A stretch of DNA of 64,000 bases from the IMG/VR virus record IMGVR_UViG_3300025127_008281, positions 2,997-66,996 of that record, one strand, 5' to 3'. This document shows, piece by piece, positions 29,505 to 39,229 of the stretch. Below the pieces are notes generated by a model. The model had not been told where the DNA came from. It did not search any database and saw nothing but the letters and a program-made list of their open reading frames with translations. Each line of letters opens with the position of its first letter. Position 1 is the stretch's first letter. The position numbers and the translations under genes are program-made. The stretch is from a virus.

Positions 29505-30632
29505 TTATGTCCAGCAAGGATTGAACGTTTTGACAAAATTTGTTCCTCTTACACTATCTAACATGTTGAAATATTGCTTGAACCTGCGATGTAATGTGTC
29601 GTTGTATTCGTATTTTGACAACCAATTATCTACTACTTTAACTTTAGGAGAGTTTATCGTGCCTAGCCATTTCCTGAATGAATCAACATCATCCTGTTTG
29701 GCACTGTCTAAGGTGAGATGCCCTGATCCATCAACAGAGCCGCCATAGATCTCCCCAATTTCAAGTTCGATATCATTCTTAGTGCAGTACTCATATACCT
29801 GGCGGAATGTGTAAAGAGAGGTGTGTTGTAGAATATAGTAAAATAATAATTTGATATTTTTTTCCTTAAGTTTTTTTACATTTGTTTCTATGTCATTCCA
29901 ATTGCTTCCGCTTCTAATGTAGTTGTTGTGTTTTCCTATCCCATCTAGGCTTATGTTAATAATCAAATTTGGCCTATCTTGTAACAATTCTAGGGTGCTA
30001 TCTTTAAGAGTAGTGCCGTTTGTATTAAATGATAGCTCGGCATCCTTTTTAATTTCTCTAAGAAAATCATTTATGTAAGGATTAATAAAAGGTTCGCCAC
30101 CTCCAAAATTTGCCGATACACAATTCCTTAAAATATCATTCAACAATGCCTTGTTATCCTCATCGTTGATCCAATCATGATCGGACTTTAGATATCCAAT
30201 GCCAAATTTACTAAACTTTTCAGTATATTTTTTTGCTTCGGCAGACCATTGTGAACTTGCATAAGGACCACACATTGTACATTTCAAGTTACAAAAATTA
30301 CCAAGCCTTAGTTCCAAATGCCCAATATCAAATGTTTCTGGGTTGAAAGAATCAAAAGGTTCCTTGAAAAGTCTACTATGATAAGCCCGCCTATTAATTC
30401 CATTGTCTTCACGTTTGATACAATATGTACAACCTCCATCGACTTCGCCATCGAGCATCTTCTGCCTTAGCTTGGTATCCGCTTTGTATTTTTCGAATTC
30501 CCATATCTTGTATTGTGGCAAAGAAGATTCATCACGTATGAATTCACAACAAGGCATCAATGTGCCGTCGTTGTCTACGACCATCCCGCGGAACGGAGCC
30601 TTACAGAATTTATCTGGTTCTGTGTTCATCAA
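29505..30632 (-). CDS. Radical SAM protein with twitch/SPASM-like domain
   Basis: CNLKCTMC, GGEP, N-terminal FC.APF...PCC. Confidence 0.9.
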   Translation of the reverse strand: MMNTEPDKFCKAPFRGMVVDNDGTLMPCCEFIRDESSLPQYKIWEFEKYKADTKLRQKMLDGEVDGGCTYCIKREDNGINRRAYHSRLFKEPFDSFNPETFDIGHLELRLGNFCNLKCTMCGPYASSQWSAEAKKYTEKFSKFGIGYLKSDHDWINDEDNKALLNDILRNCVSANFGGGEPFINPYINDFLREIKKDAELSFNTNGTTLKDSTLELLQDRPNLIINISLDGIGKHNNYIRSGSNWNDIETNVKKLKEKNIKLLFYYILQHTSLYTFRQVYEYCTKNDIELEIGEIYGGSVDGSGHLTLDSAKQDDVDSFRKWLGTINSPKVKVVDNWLSKYEYNDTLHRRFKQYFNMLDSVRGTNFVKTFNPCWT

Positions 30633-30638
30633 TGTTAT

Positions 30639-31352
30639 TTAATCTAGTACTTTTTTGTAGTATTCTTCCAGTTTGGCATACCATTTACCTACCCAATTAT
30701 CGTAGTTGTCTATGTCAAACGTTTGATATTCGTTGTCTTGTGTACAAATAAAGATACGCCCATTTTTTATCTGCGTGTCATATTGTTTGTTGTGTGCTTC
30801 TGCATAGGCGACCAGTTGGAGATAATAATCTTCTACCCATTCTTTCTTCTTCAACCTTCTTGCCTGTTTGAAATCCATTATTGCAGGCTCTCCTTTGTAC
30901 ACGCCAACTAGGTCGGTCGTGCCTGCGTAAAGTTCGGGATAGTAAAGAGATACTTCAGAACCCCATACTTCACTCACATCATTTAATCCATTATCAATTA
31001 TCACATTGGCCATTTTATGCGCCTTCTGTTGTATTAGATTCGAACCTGGTTTTCTATCTTCTCCTTTAACATGTTTTTCTAGACTACGGTGCATCACCGT
31101 TCCTATGTTTGCAGACTCTGTTGTGATCTGTTGGGCCTTCTCGGCACCAACTCTTTTGCGCCATGCCTGCAGATGTGTCATGTCCTTGGTGGCTGAAAGA
31201 ACAGTTGTAACACTGGGCACCTGTCTGCCATCTGGCGTTTCATAATGCCTCTTTTTATCTTTGGTTACTCTTGCCAATTCGCCGTATGGATATTTTTGAA
31301 CATAGGTGATCCCTTTGCTTTTGATCACATCTTCTGATATCTTCATAGACAT
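30639..31352 (-). CDS. PD-(D/E)XK exonuclease
   Basis: PSVTTVL, GTVMH, E...YAGTTD...IMDFKQ, QLVAY. Confidence 0.88.
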   Translation of the reverse strand: MSMKISEDVIKSKGITYVQKYPYGELARVTKDKKRHYETPDGRQVPSVTTVLSATKDMTHLQAWRKRVGAEKAQQITTESANIGTVMHRSLEKHVKGEDRKPGSNLIQQKAHKMANVIIDNGLNDVSEVWGSEVSLYYPELYAGTTDLVGVYKGEPAIMDFKQARRLKKKEWVEDYYLQLVAYAEAHNKQYDTQIKNGRIFICTQDNEYQTFDIDNYDNWVGKWYAKLEEYYKKVLD

Positions 31353-31360
31353 ATTGTATA

Positions 31361-32647
31361 TTACTTTAGGTTTTTTGTCAAAGCTTCTTCCAATAATGGT
31401 AAAAGTTCACGCCAGGTGTTACGTCTCCGATGTTTGTCTTGTGTGTCGTTGTATCTCATGAAAGAATTTTGTAAATGTTGTTCAGTTTCTTTATCAAGTG
31501 TATCTTTACGTAAATTTTCAATTTGTTTATTATAGAAATAAGAGATTCCTGCATAGCCTGTAAAGTAGTCTTTACTCTTCTCTAATTTATCCGCTACCCA
31601 TAATCTATAGTTTCTAGGAGCGGTATCGTAGTTACAAATTTTTGGATACCATACTTGAGACATCCATGATATGTTCACCGTGTTTCCCCAGTCACCATCT
31701 GAAAACTTTATAAACCATTTTAGCATGTCATCAAGCTGATGTATGTTCAAAAGTTGAACAGCTGGACTAAAGGTTATTTTTCCGTTGCCATGTGTGTCCG
31801 AAAGACTTTTGTAATAGTTTAAATTTTCAGAAACCTTTTTAAAATTGCTTGGATACCTAATATATTCAGTAACTTCTCCTATGCCATCTAGGCTGGCCCA
31901 GATAGTCCATGATTTCATTTTTGGTAACCATTGTGTCATCTTTGGATTAGTGTTTGTTAAATTGGTTACTATGGTTATGTCCTTATTTTGTAAGGTATTA
32001 TTTTTAAAACAATAATCGAGTAGTTCATAGAATTCAGGAATAATTGTTGGCTCTCCGCCGATAATGGTCAATCTTGTAATGTGTTTGCTAACATAGTCTA
32101 TCAGTCGCTGTTTAGTTTTTTTATTTTGAAACCATGTGTACTCAACAGAAAGATTATTTGTCCAGTTGTTTACATTGCCACTCTGTTTATATACCCAAGA
32201 CAAAAAATCTTTATCCTTCTCACCAATTTCTAATATCTCCTTGCCCACCTGGTTAGAATAATCTTGTCCACACATCTTGCATTTAAGGTTACAAACATTG
32301 CCAAAGTGTAATTCCATAGAGTGGGGCATGTAATCCATGGATCCATCGGCCTTTAGGTTAGAGAGATTAGTTTCCTTGTTGGATTCATTTCGCATTGATT
32401 TATATCCACGTGCTTCTTGCTGTACACATTTGGTACAAGCCGTAAGTATTTCGCCGTTGGCCATTTTCAATCTGGCATCCTTCATGTAATCGCTATTCCA
32501 AATTTTCTGCAAAGAATCATTGTTGACGTGCAATCTGTCACCCTTTTTATCAGTTGCATTTTCCATAGTTGCACAACACAATCTTAAGGAACCAGACATG
32601 TGTATGTACTGATGTTGAAAAGGAAAAGCACAATAGGACTTTGTCAT
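31361..32647 (-). CDS. Radical SAM protein with twitch/SPASM-like domain
   Basis: CNLKCKMC, GGEP, YCAFPF...LCC; start MTKSYC inferred. Confidence 0.9.
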   Translation of the reverse strand: MTKSYCAFPFQHQYIHMSGSLRLCCATMENATDKKGDRLHVNNDSLQKIWNSDYMKDARLKMANGEILTACTKCVQQEARGYKSMRNESNKETNLSNLKADGSMDYMPHSMELHFGNVCNLKCKMCGQDYSNQVGKEILEIGEKDKDFLSWVYKQSGNVNNWTNNLSVEYTWFQNKKTKQRLIDYVSKHITRLTIIGGEPTIIPEFYELLDYCFKNNTLQNKDITIVTNLTNTNPKMTQWLPKMKSWTIWASLDGIGEVTEYIRYPSNFKKVSENLNYYKSLSDTHGNGKITFSPAVQLLNIHQLDDMLKWFIKFSDGDWGNTVNISWMSQVWYPKICNYDTAPRNYRLWVADKLEKSKDYFTGYAGISYFYNKQIENLRKDTLDKETEQHLQNSFMRYNDTQDKHRRRNTWRELLPLLEEALTKNLK

Positions 32648-33645
32648 TGACAGACTCCACAAACTTGTTGACAAGTCTGTAATTTATATTTTTGCATTTT
32701 ACCTTGTATGCCTTTCCATATTTCTTGAAAGTAGTTGCCATTCAGTATTTCTTTTAATGACCTATGATGGATATTCACACTATCGTAATCCGAAATAAGG
32801 TTCTTTGACTCGTGTAATGCAAGGTCTCCGAGATAACAACAAGGGGACACGTTTCCATTTGCGTGTAGAAATATTTCAACGTTCGCATTTGAAAATGACT
32901 GACAAATTATTTTTTGGCTTGTGACTCTTTCGTGTTTGGCCCATTTTTTATTAGAATATTTTTGAACATTATCAGCATTTGGCTTTTCTATTTCGTAATC
33001 ATCTACAGCAATTTTTTTCCTTTGCAACCAATTGCCGTCTTTGTCAAAGTCATCCCATCTGGTTGTGGTTTTACGATTGAAGCTGACAAAACCTAATTGT
33101 TGACTCAATGCTTCTGCTTCGTCTATTTGATGTTCGTTGTGTCTAAAAATAAGATAATCCCAAATTGCTATGCCCCCTGCATCAGTAAAACTTTTTACAT
33201 TTTCCATTATCTTTTCCCATTTTACATTTCTTCTGTATAGATGGTTTGTATCTTGCAGGCCATCAATCGAAAAAATAATTACCACACCCAGTTTTGCCAT
33301 CTCTTTGAAAAATTCCGGAGTTCGGGCACCACCATTAGTGTTAAGTGTGAGGGTGGCTTTTGGATTTGTTTTCCTAATGAATTCATATATGTCATAACAC
33401 TCTGGATTCATTGTACCATCGCCAACGTTGCCACAGGATCTAAACATTTTTAAATTTTTAATAACATCTGGTCCTATCTTGTATTGTATGTCATCGAGAG
33501 TCGTGTGTCTATTGTTGGTGATTGCCTTAACCAATTTCTGATCGGAATCAAATCTTGCACACATAGGACAGGCCGCGTTGCAATAATTTGACAACTCTGC
33601 GTTAATATGATTGACGGCGTCAACCGTAATATAGTTGTTATACAT
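32644..33645 (-). CDS. Radical SAM protein with C-terminal SPASM-like domain
   Basis: CNAACPMC, FSIDG, C-terminal PCC...CQQVC. Confidence 0.9.
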   Translation of the reverse strand: MYNNYITVDAVNHINAELSNYCNAACPMCARFDSDQKLVKAITNNRHTTLDDIQYKIGPDVIKNLKMFRSCGNVGDGTMNPECYDIYEFIRKTNPKATLTLNTNGGARTPEFFKEMAKLGVVIIFSIDGLQDTNHLYRRNVKWEKIMENVKSFTDAGGIAIWDYLIFRHNEHQIDEAEALSQQLGFVSFNRKTTTRWDDFDKDGNWLQRKKIAVDDYEIEKPNADNVQKYSNKKWAKHERVTSQKIICQSFSNANVEIFLHANGNVSPCCYLGDLALHESKNLISDYDSVNIHHRSLKEILNGNYFQEIWKGIQGKMQKYKLQTCQQVCGVCQ

Positions 33646-33661
33646 ATTAGTAATTATCGGA

Positions 33662-34015
33662 TTATTTTCTTCTATTCATAGCAGACTTGGCCATCTTCTT
33701 AACCACATCGGTTGAACCTTGATTGTCAAAATCCATTTTAGGATCCTTGTCTGCTTCTTTATCGGTCTTTACCACAATTTTGTCTTGATCAAAGTCTGCA
33801 ACTATGTTTTTAAGATCATTGTCTTGGTCATACATTTTCTTGAACACTTCGTAGTTGAACGCCGGGTATCCTGTGTTGGACATGATGCTTTTGACAGCAT
33901 CCAAACTGATCTCTGTTGAGGTATCTCTTTCGTCGGCATCACCTTGCATGTTCATAAGAACATTCATCAATGCGTTTTTAATATCTTTATCTTGATTGAA
34001 TTCGTAAAATCTCAT
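33662..34015 (-). CDS. Hypothetical late protein
   Basis: Start MRFYEF inferred; ends VKKMAKSAMNRRK. Confidence 0.7.
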   Translation of the reverse strand: MRFYEFNQDKDIKNALMNVLMNMQGDADERDTSTEISLDAVKSIMSNTGYPAFNYEVFKKMYDQDNDLKNIVADFDQDKIVVKTDKEADKDPKMDFDNQGSTDVVKKMAKSAMNRRK

Positions 34016-34019
34016 GGGG

Positions 34020-34859
34020 TTACTTCCCCGATAACTTGCCGTAGATCCTGTTTGAAGCTTCGAACACTTCTCTGCTTTCTCTTTGTTCTCTGCCTTCTGG
34101 CTCTGTGCCACCTGCTTCGGCATCAGAGGCTCCAAACTCATCGTCCTCTTCTCCACCTTCCGAGTCCAGTGAGTCTAGATCTGTATCCATGTTCATCGTG
34201 TCATCGGCGCCCATAGGGTCTGAAGCAACTTCTTCTCCGGTCAAAATTCTTACACCGTTGTCTAGTTCTTGCCTAGTTGTCGTTAAAGTCGCCTCCGCCT
34301 GTTCAATCGCTGGTTGGATTTTTTGCATGAAAGCATCTGCCTTGTCTGCTCCCATTTCGTCTCTGATTCTGTCTGCCAATTCTAGCACACCTTCTGTTTT
34401 CATTGTTGCTAGATCTTCCAAGTACCCTGTGACTTTGTCCATCATGTCCTTGGCCGCTAATATTAATTCTGATTGTTCTTCAACACCCTCTGTCTTCATG
34501 GCCTGTGCCGCCGCTTTCCTATCTGCTGGACTCACTGCTTGTCCTTTTGATAGTTTGTCTTTGATTTCGCCTGTGGCCTTGCCAATAATAGAACTTGCCA
34601 TGTTGCCACCGTATTCGTTGATTGCTTGATTCACAATGTCAAGCATCATTTGGCTTTTTTGATAGTCATTGTTTTTAAGCTCTTCACCAAAATGTGTGTT
34701 TTGTGTGATGTTATGAATTTTTGTTCTTATGTGATTTGCTGTGTCTTCCAATTCTTCTTTTGTAAACTTGCTTAGGTCCATGGTTTGATTGAATCTGGAT
34801 TCAAATTCTGCTAAAAGACTTTCGGTTGTAATAGGTTTTGTTAATTCTAAGCTGTTCAT
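34020..34859 (-). CDS. Acidic helical late protein (possible prohead core/scaffold)
   Basis: D/E-rich, helical; TAAATA 7 nt upstream. Confidence 0.5.
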   Translation of the reverse strand: MNSLELTKPITTESLLAEFESRFNQTMDLSKFTKEELEDTANHIRTKIHNITQNTHFGEELKNNDYQKSQMMLDIVNQAINEYGGNMASSIIGKATGEIKDKLSKGQAVSPADRKAAAQAMKTEGVEEQSELILAAKDMMDKVTGYLEDLATMKTEGVLELADRIRDEMGADKADAFMQKIQPAIEQAEATLTTTRQELDNGVRILTGEEVASDPMGADDTMNMDTDLDSLDSEGGEEDDEFGASDAEAGGTEPEGREQRESREVFEASNRIYGKLSGK

Positions 34860-34876
34860 ACAAGTTTATTTAGTTG

Positions 34877-35389
34877 CTACACTCCAAACGTTGAATGGAA
34901 AATATCTTGTATTTTGGCCTTATATTCGTCGGCATAATAGTTTGCATCATCCAATCTCTGCTGATAGATCTGTTCTTTTACGTCGTCCTTTGCTTTACGG
35001 GCCAATTTAATAGTGGCCTTAAATTGCTGTATTTCAAATAGTTTAGAAGCAAAATGTGTATCGTAATTTAGCACGTTGTTCGGCACTTGCCTGCCATCCG
35101 CCAGATAGTGTGCGGTCAAAATTGCAGTCTGTTTTAAATTTATATCATCATGCAATATCCTCGCCTCAACCATGTCTGCAATAACATAGGCGTATCTTGT
35201 TCCTGTATGTTTTTTTGGCACGATAGCAATGTTGCCTATCAGGATACCTTTTGAAAATTGTTTTGGTAAATGACGGAACGGTCTGCGTTTTTCTTCACGC
35301 CGTGCAATTTCCGCCAACTTATGTTTTAAACCATAAGCCTCAATCTGCTTAACCAGTTCCTGTTTATTTTTTATCGGCATCTTGAACAA
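34877..35389 (-). CDS. Hypothetical protein
   Basis: Operonic ORF. Confidence 0.7.
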   Translation of the reverse strand: MFKMPIKNKQELVKQIEAYGLKHKLAEIARREEKRRPFRHLPKQFSKGILIGNIAIVPKKHTGTRYAYVIADMVEARILHDDINLKQTAILTAHYLADGRQVPNNVLNYDTHFASKLFEIQQFKATIKLARKAKDDVKEQIYQQRLDDANYYADEYKAKIQDIFHSTFGV

Positions 35390-35597
35390 ATCTTATGCGT
35401 CTATTTAAAGCATATTGAACGCCTGTGTCAAGTTTTTTCCTTACTAAGATTGATTTGTCAGCAAGTTGTTTTGCTATGTCGACTTCTAACGGATGTAGAT
35501 CTGTGTTGCGGAAAGGATGATCGCGATGGGTCCTGATAAAGTCAAGTTGGGTGTCTGTGATCCATACCCGGCATCGCGGTGCTATTTGTACGTACAT
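35364..35597 (-). CDS. Hypothetical protein
   Basis: Operonic ORF. Confidence 0.65.
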   Translation of the reverse strand: MYVQIAPRCRVWITDTQLDFIRTHRDHPFRNTDLHPLEVDIAKQLADKSILVRKKLDTGVQYALNRRIRFVQDADKK

Positions 35598-35622
35598 ATG
35601 TAATTGGTAAATTTAAATCTGT

Positions 35623-35859
35623 TTAGCCTGGCATTTTCATCAGGATAACAACCACGGTTGATAATAATCCTGCGACCACTGTGCCGGCAGTGGCGATAAT
35701 TGTTTTGGAAGTGCTCTTATGACCTGCTGTCATTTCTTCGTTCATCTTGCCAAGTCGCACTTCAATTGCTGAAAGCCTGTCGTGTAGGCCTTTGTATCTC
35801 TCCGAGCACAGATCTACGTGTGCTTCTAAATTTTGTTTTTCTAATTCAGTTGTACTCAT
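35623..35859 (-). CDS. Coiled-coil protein with C-terminal TM helix (holin/XhlA-like architecture)
   Basis: LEAHVDLCSERY..L..RL..IE then hydrophobic helix; start MSTTE inferred. Confidence 0.55.
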   Translation of the reverse strand: MSTTELEKQNLEAHVDLCSERYKGLHDRLSAIEVRLGKMNEEMTAGHKSTSKTIIATAGTVVAGLLSTVVVILMKMPG

Positions 35860-35872
35860 ATAATTTCTAATC

Positions 35873-35971
35873 TCATTTTTGAGGTTCCGTACCTCGAATA
35901 TTAGAGCCTGTATATGTGCCTGAGCCATAGCCTGAACTGCCTTTGTATTTGCCTATTTGTGCCTTAACCAT
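35873..35971 (-). CDS. Gly/Ser/Tyr-rich 32-aa peptide (not in ORF track)
   Basis: MVKAQIGKYKGSSGYGSGTYTGSNIRGTEPQK; directly after TAAATA. Confidence 0.4.
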   Translation of the reverse strand: MVKAQIGKYKGSSGYGSGTYTGSNIRGTEPQK

Positions 35972-35973
35972 TA

Positions 35974-36444
35974 CTATTTATTGTAAATTCCTGTGTACGA
36001 AAAGTATGTGTTTATTGTGTTGTGATCCTGTGTGATAAAAGTGCTTGTTGGAAAGGTAGCGGTTTCCTTGCAAAAATTTATGATAGGTACAAGATTGAAG
36101 TCATCCTTCAGTTGCCCTGTTGGATCCTGTGCATCACCGTAGACCTCCATCTGTTCTGTGAAAAATTGGAAATGCCAACTATTGTGTTTGCCTTCGTAGA
36201 ATCTTCCAAAGCCGGTGTTGCCTAAAGTCTGGTCCAACCGCATGGGTGGTTGTTCCCATGTGATGTTTCCTCTGATCTGTAACAATTGTAACATGGTGTT
36301 GAAATTGTTGTTTTGGTTACGTGCCATGGCCAAACTTTGTTTGTCATGAACCACTTCGCCACCAAGCGTCTTGAAAGGAAAAGGTTTTTGTAAAAGTCCG
36401 TTGTCAGTTATATCTACTAGGGTGTGAACACGAAACTCATACAT
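35974..36444 (-). CDS. Hypothetical protein
   Basis: TLVDIT...RNQNNNFNTMLQ; operonic. Confidence 0.7.
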   Translation of the reverse strand: MYEFRVHTLVDITDNGLLQKPFPFKTLGGEVVHDKQSLAMARNQNNNFNTMLQLLQIRGNITWEQPPMRLDQTLGNTGFGRFYEGKHNSWHFQFFTEQMEVYGDAQDPTGQLKDDFNLVPIINFCKETATFPTSTFITQDHNTINTYFSYTGIYNK

Positions 36445-37121
36445 TATTCTTGATCTTCTACCTTATTCCAATACTGCCAATCAGGCTCCAAGTAATCATC
36501 TAATTTTTTTTGGTAGTCAGGATTTTTCAAAAGCCATTGTTTCAATTGCCTTTCGCCGATCTTCTCCATCTTCATTATGTCTGGTCTTCTGTGTCGGATG
36601 TGTTTTTCGTGCGGCAGGGTACCGTAAAATAGAAGTCTGTGTTTCCTAGCAAAATTGCATAGCCTTTGATCTATGCCTCCATCGATCTTTATCAAGTGTT
36701 GTGGTTTGACCTCTTCCATTATGTCGTGCAATCTCAAAGTGGCTCTGTGAAAGTGTGGCCATTGTGCCATGATTGCCTCGTTGGTCCACCATGAGTAGTA
36801 GGGCAAGAAATACATAAAGTCTTTAATGCCGCTCCACCAACGTTCAAGTGGATGTCTTATACCTGTGAATATTTCGCTCTGATCCTCGTATTTGTCAAAG
36901 GGCCTTTGTTGCAGGATCAATTCAGGACTATAATCACGCCACAGCCAACGTTTAATATTTCTGCCTGCACTGAGATCATGATCGAGATATCTCATACGCC
37001 TCAGGTCCGTCCATCCTTCTGGCATTTTTTCTGGCAGTGCGTAAATGATCGGTGTGATCTCTCTGAGTTTTGAATCTTTGCTTAGAATTATTTTGACTGC
37101 TTCGTCTATGTGTGTTGGCAT
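36444..37121 (-). CDS. Sulfotransferase-like protein
   Basis: IRHPLERWWSG resembles the 3'-phosphate-binding motif; C-terminal Y..D...W. Confidence 0.55.
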   Translation of the reverse strand: MPTHIDEAVKIILSKDSKLREITPIIYALPEKMPEGWTDLRRMRYLDHDLSAGRNIKRWLWRDYSPELILQQRPFDKYEDQSEIFTGIRHPLERWWSGIKDFMYFLPYYSWWTNEAIMAQWPHFHRATLRLHDIMEEVKPQHLIKIDGGIDQRLCNFARKHRLLFYGTLPHEKHIRHRRPDIMKMEKIGERQLKQWLLKNPDYQKKLDDYLEPDWQYWNKVEDQE

Positions 37122-37141
37122 AGGATTATTTACTCACAAAA

Positions 37142-37174
37142 AAAGGGCGAACCTACAATATAGATCCGCCCTTT
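37142..37174 (-). terminator. Rho-independent terminator
   Basis: AAAGGGCG...CGCCCTTT stem followed by a T run on the minus strand. Confidence 0.7.
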
Positions 37175-37195
37175 GGTAATATTAACTACTCAATA

Positions 37196-37738
37196 TTATG
37201 CGTCACCTCTTTGATCAAACATTCCGTACACTGCGTCGATACCTGTTGATACCACGCCGTCTGCAGGTAAAAATCTTACTTTCACCTGTAAGTCGTTGTT
37301 TGAAGAGTCACCAGATAGTCTTGATCTGATTTCCGCTTCGATGTCTGCTTCTGCGTCTGCGATCACTGCCGGTGCACTTGTTTCGTTCTGACCTGGATCC
37401 AAGTTAATGTCTCCAACTGAGTCCGCTGTGTTGTGCTGACCTGGAGTACCTTCGTATATAAACTGATACGAGTCGATACTATTGTTGGCTGTGATACCTG
37501 TTGCTTCTGCGGCATCGTTGTCAGTAGCCTTGGCCGCCAATCTGTATGATTGTGCTAAAAGGTTACCTTTTTCTCTGACCACTTCCGAAACTTTTTGAAA
37601 GTCTGAGTCTTTAGTGTCAGGAGTAGTTGCTGTCGCTGTCATAGACTGAGCAAAAATTACTTCAACGAATGTTAAACCTTTTCCGTTGAATGCTTGTCTT
37701 CTTGACATATTTGCTGTGGCATTTGATGCTATTGGCAT
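37196..37738 (-). CDS. Putative virion structural protein
   Basis: Ala/Thr/Asp-rich; GGAGG RBS; one of four related tandem genes. Confidence 0.6.
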   Translation of the reverse strand: MPIASNATANMSRRQAFNGKGLTFVEVIFAQSMTATATTPDTKDSDFQKVSEVVREKGNLLAQSYRLAAKATDNDAAEATGITANNSIDSYQFIYEGTPGQHNTADSVGDINLDPGQNETSAPAVIADAEADIEAEIRSRLSGDSSNNDLQVKVRFLPADGVVSTGIDAVYGMFDQRGDA

Positions 37739-37762
37739 GTTATATCCTCCTACCTTTAACTA

Positions 37763-38182
37763 TTAGTCAGATTGCGTTTCAGTGTCAGACAAGCCTTTGC
37801 TTGCCGCTGTCGCCGAACTGATCGTTGCCGTTATTTTTGAGTTACTGTTCAACCCTTGTAAAGCGGTTTGAATCGCCGCGATAGTTGTTGTTGAACTGAT
37901 TGTGTCTAAAGCATCTGTTCTAACCATGAAAGTCATCTCAGTGTTAGAGTTTGCTAGAACACCTCTTCCTAGAACGTTGACACCTTGGTTTTCAATTGCT
38001 TGTCTGCAAAGTTCTAAACCTGCCGTGTTAGCAGATGCTAACGGAAAAGTTACCTCTGCGTTCATGGCGCTAATGTAGTCAACAGAAAGGAAAGTTAATC
38101 CTACACCTTCTGCCTCAAAAAGAGTATTAGGTGATTGGAAGTTAGCAGGGCCTCCTGCTGGTAATGTATTATCGAAAGCCAT
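37763..38182 (-). CDS. Putative virion structural protein
   Basis: G..LTFLSVD, AIQTALQGL; related to neighbours. Confidence 0.6.
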   Translation of the reverse strand: MAFDNTLPAGGPANFQSPNTLFEAEGVGLTFLSVDYISAMNAEVTFPLASANTAGLELCRQAIENQGVNVLGRGVLANSNTEMTFMVRTDALDTISSTTTIAAIQTALQGLNSNSKITATISSATAASKGLSDTETQSD

Positions 38183-38200
38183 TTTTTATCTCTCCTTCTA

Positions 38201-38608
38201 TTAGATTTCTAGGTTGTTCACAACCGCGGTTGTGCCACCATCGTTAAGGTTGATACTGTCTACTGTACCTAATGCTTTGATAGCCGCTAATAAAGTTGTA
38301 GCAGATGTGCCACCTCTTGCTTGTTCTGTGAACGTGAACGTTCCACCTGAACTTGCTGGACCACCAACGAACATGTCAGTACCTTCAACAATATATGTTT
38401 TACTTGCGTTTGTATCAAACAACGGACCAGATCCTACGATGTTACCGTAAACTCTGATTGTGTTTTCAATCGCATTTAGCGTTTCATTTTTTAACAAATG
38501 ATTCGCTAATTCTTCGCCAGCGTCCACAGTCAAAAACTCAAGTTCTTTCCCAAGTAATGAGCTGTTGTCAGCCGATACGAATGTTGTGTTGTTTTCACTT
38601 GCTGGCAT
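38201..38608 (-). CDS. Putative virion structural protein
   Basis: GKELEFLTVD, TLLAAIKALG; GGAGG RBS. Confidence 0.6.
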   Translation of the reverse strand: MPASENNTTFVSADNSSLLGKELEFLTVDAGEELANHLLKNETLNAIENTIRVYGNIVGSGPLFDTNASKTYIVEGTDMFVGGPASSGGTFTFTEQARGGTSATTLLAAIKALGTVDSINLNDGGTTAVVNNLEI

Positions 38609-38707
38609 TTTTTATCCTCCTTTTTCTCTGATTAAAAATGCATTACTGCCGCTCCGGCAGTAAGTTGCAAGTATTTATGGTAAAGATTGGTAAATTATGC
38701 GATAATA

Positions 38708-39082
38708 TTAAGAATTATCCAGTTTTAATTCGGTTTCTGCCACTACAGACAAAGATACTGACTTGTTGTTGACTCCAACACTATCACCCATGTCTCTGAT
38801 AGCAGTTTGTAAAGTTGATGCTGTCCAGCCAGGCCTTTCCATGGTTATGTCTATTCTGCCGGTGGCCGCGTTGTCTATCCTTTGATACAATATTGTTCCT
38901 CGTTGTAGGATCACTCTAATTAAGTTGTGAACTGTTTCGTCAAAGTCCAGTTCTGTCCTAACATCTAACACTGAACTATCACTTTGTATGAGAGTGATGT
39001 GGAAAAACTTTACTTCAGCTCCAGCAAAGTTATCTGTGCTACCGATAGCGTCAGTTACTTTAAAATTGTTTGGTGTTGCCAT
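38708..39082 (-). CDS. Putative virion structural protein
   Basis: GAEVKFFHI, TLQTAIRDMG; TAAATA upstream. Confidence 0.6.
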   Translation of the reverse strand: MATPNNFKVTDAIGSTDNFAGAEVKFFHITLIQSDSSVLDVRTELDFDETVHNLIRVILQRGTILYQRIDNAATGRIDITMERPGWTASTLQTAIRDMGDSVGVNNKSVSLSVVAETELKLDNS

Positions 39083-39100
39083 ATATGAATATTTAATTTA

Positions 39101-39229
39101 TTATTTTGAGTCTTTATCTAAGCACTCTTTACAATCACAGATATCACAGGTTCCGCAATTTGTACAAGCTTCTTTGCAGTGCGGTAAACATGCACATCTA
39201 AAACATTTATTTTTTCTTTGCTCTGTCAT
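39101..39229 (-). CDS. Cys-rich metallothionein-like peptide (42 aa, not in ORF track)
   Basis: MTEQRKNKCFRCACLPHCKEACTNCGTCDICDCKECLDKDSK; 10 Cys. Confidence 0.65.
   Translation of the reverse strand: MTEQRKNKCFRCACLPHCKEACTNCGTCDICDCKECLDKDSK

Noticed and set aside
30639-31352. Cas4 / CRISPR adaptation gene
   Set aside because: Lacks the four Fe-S Cys and any cas context; it is a common phage exonuclease.
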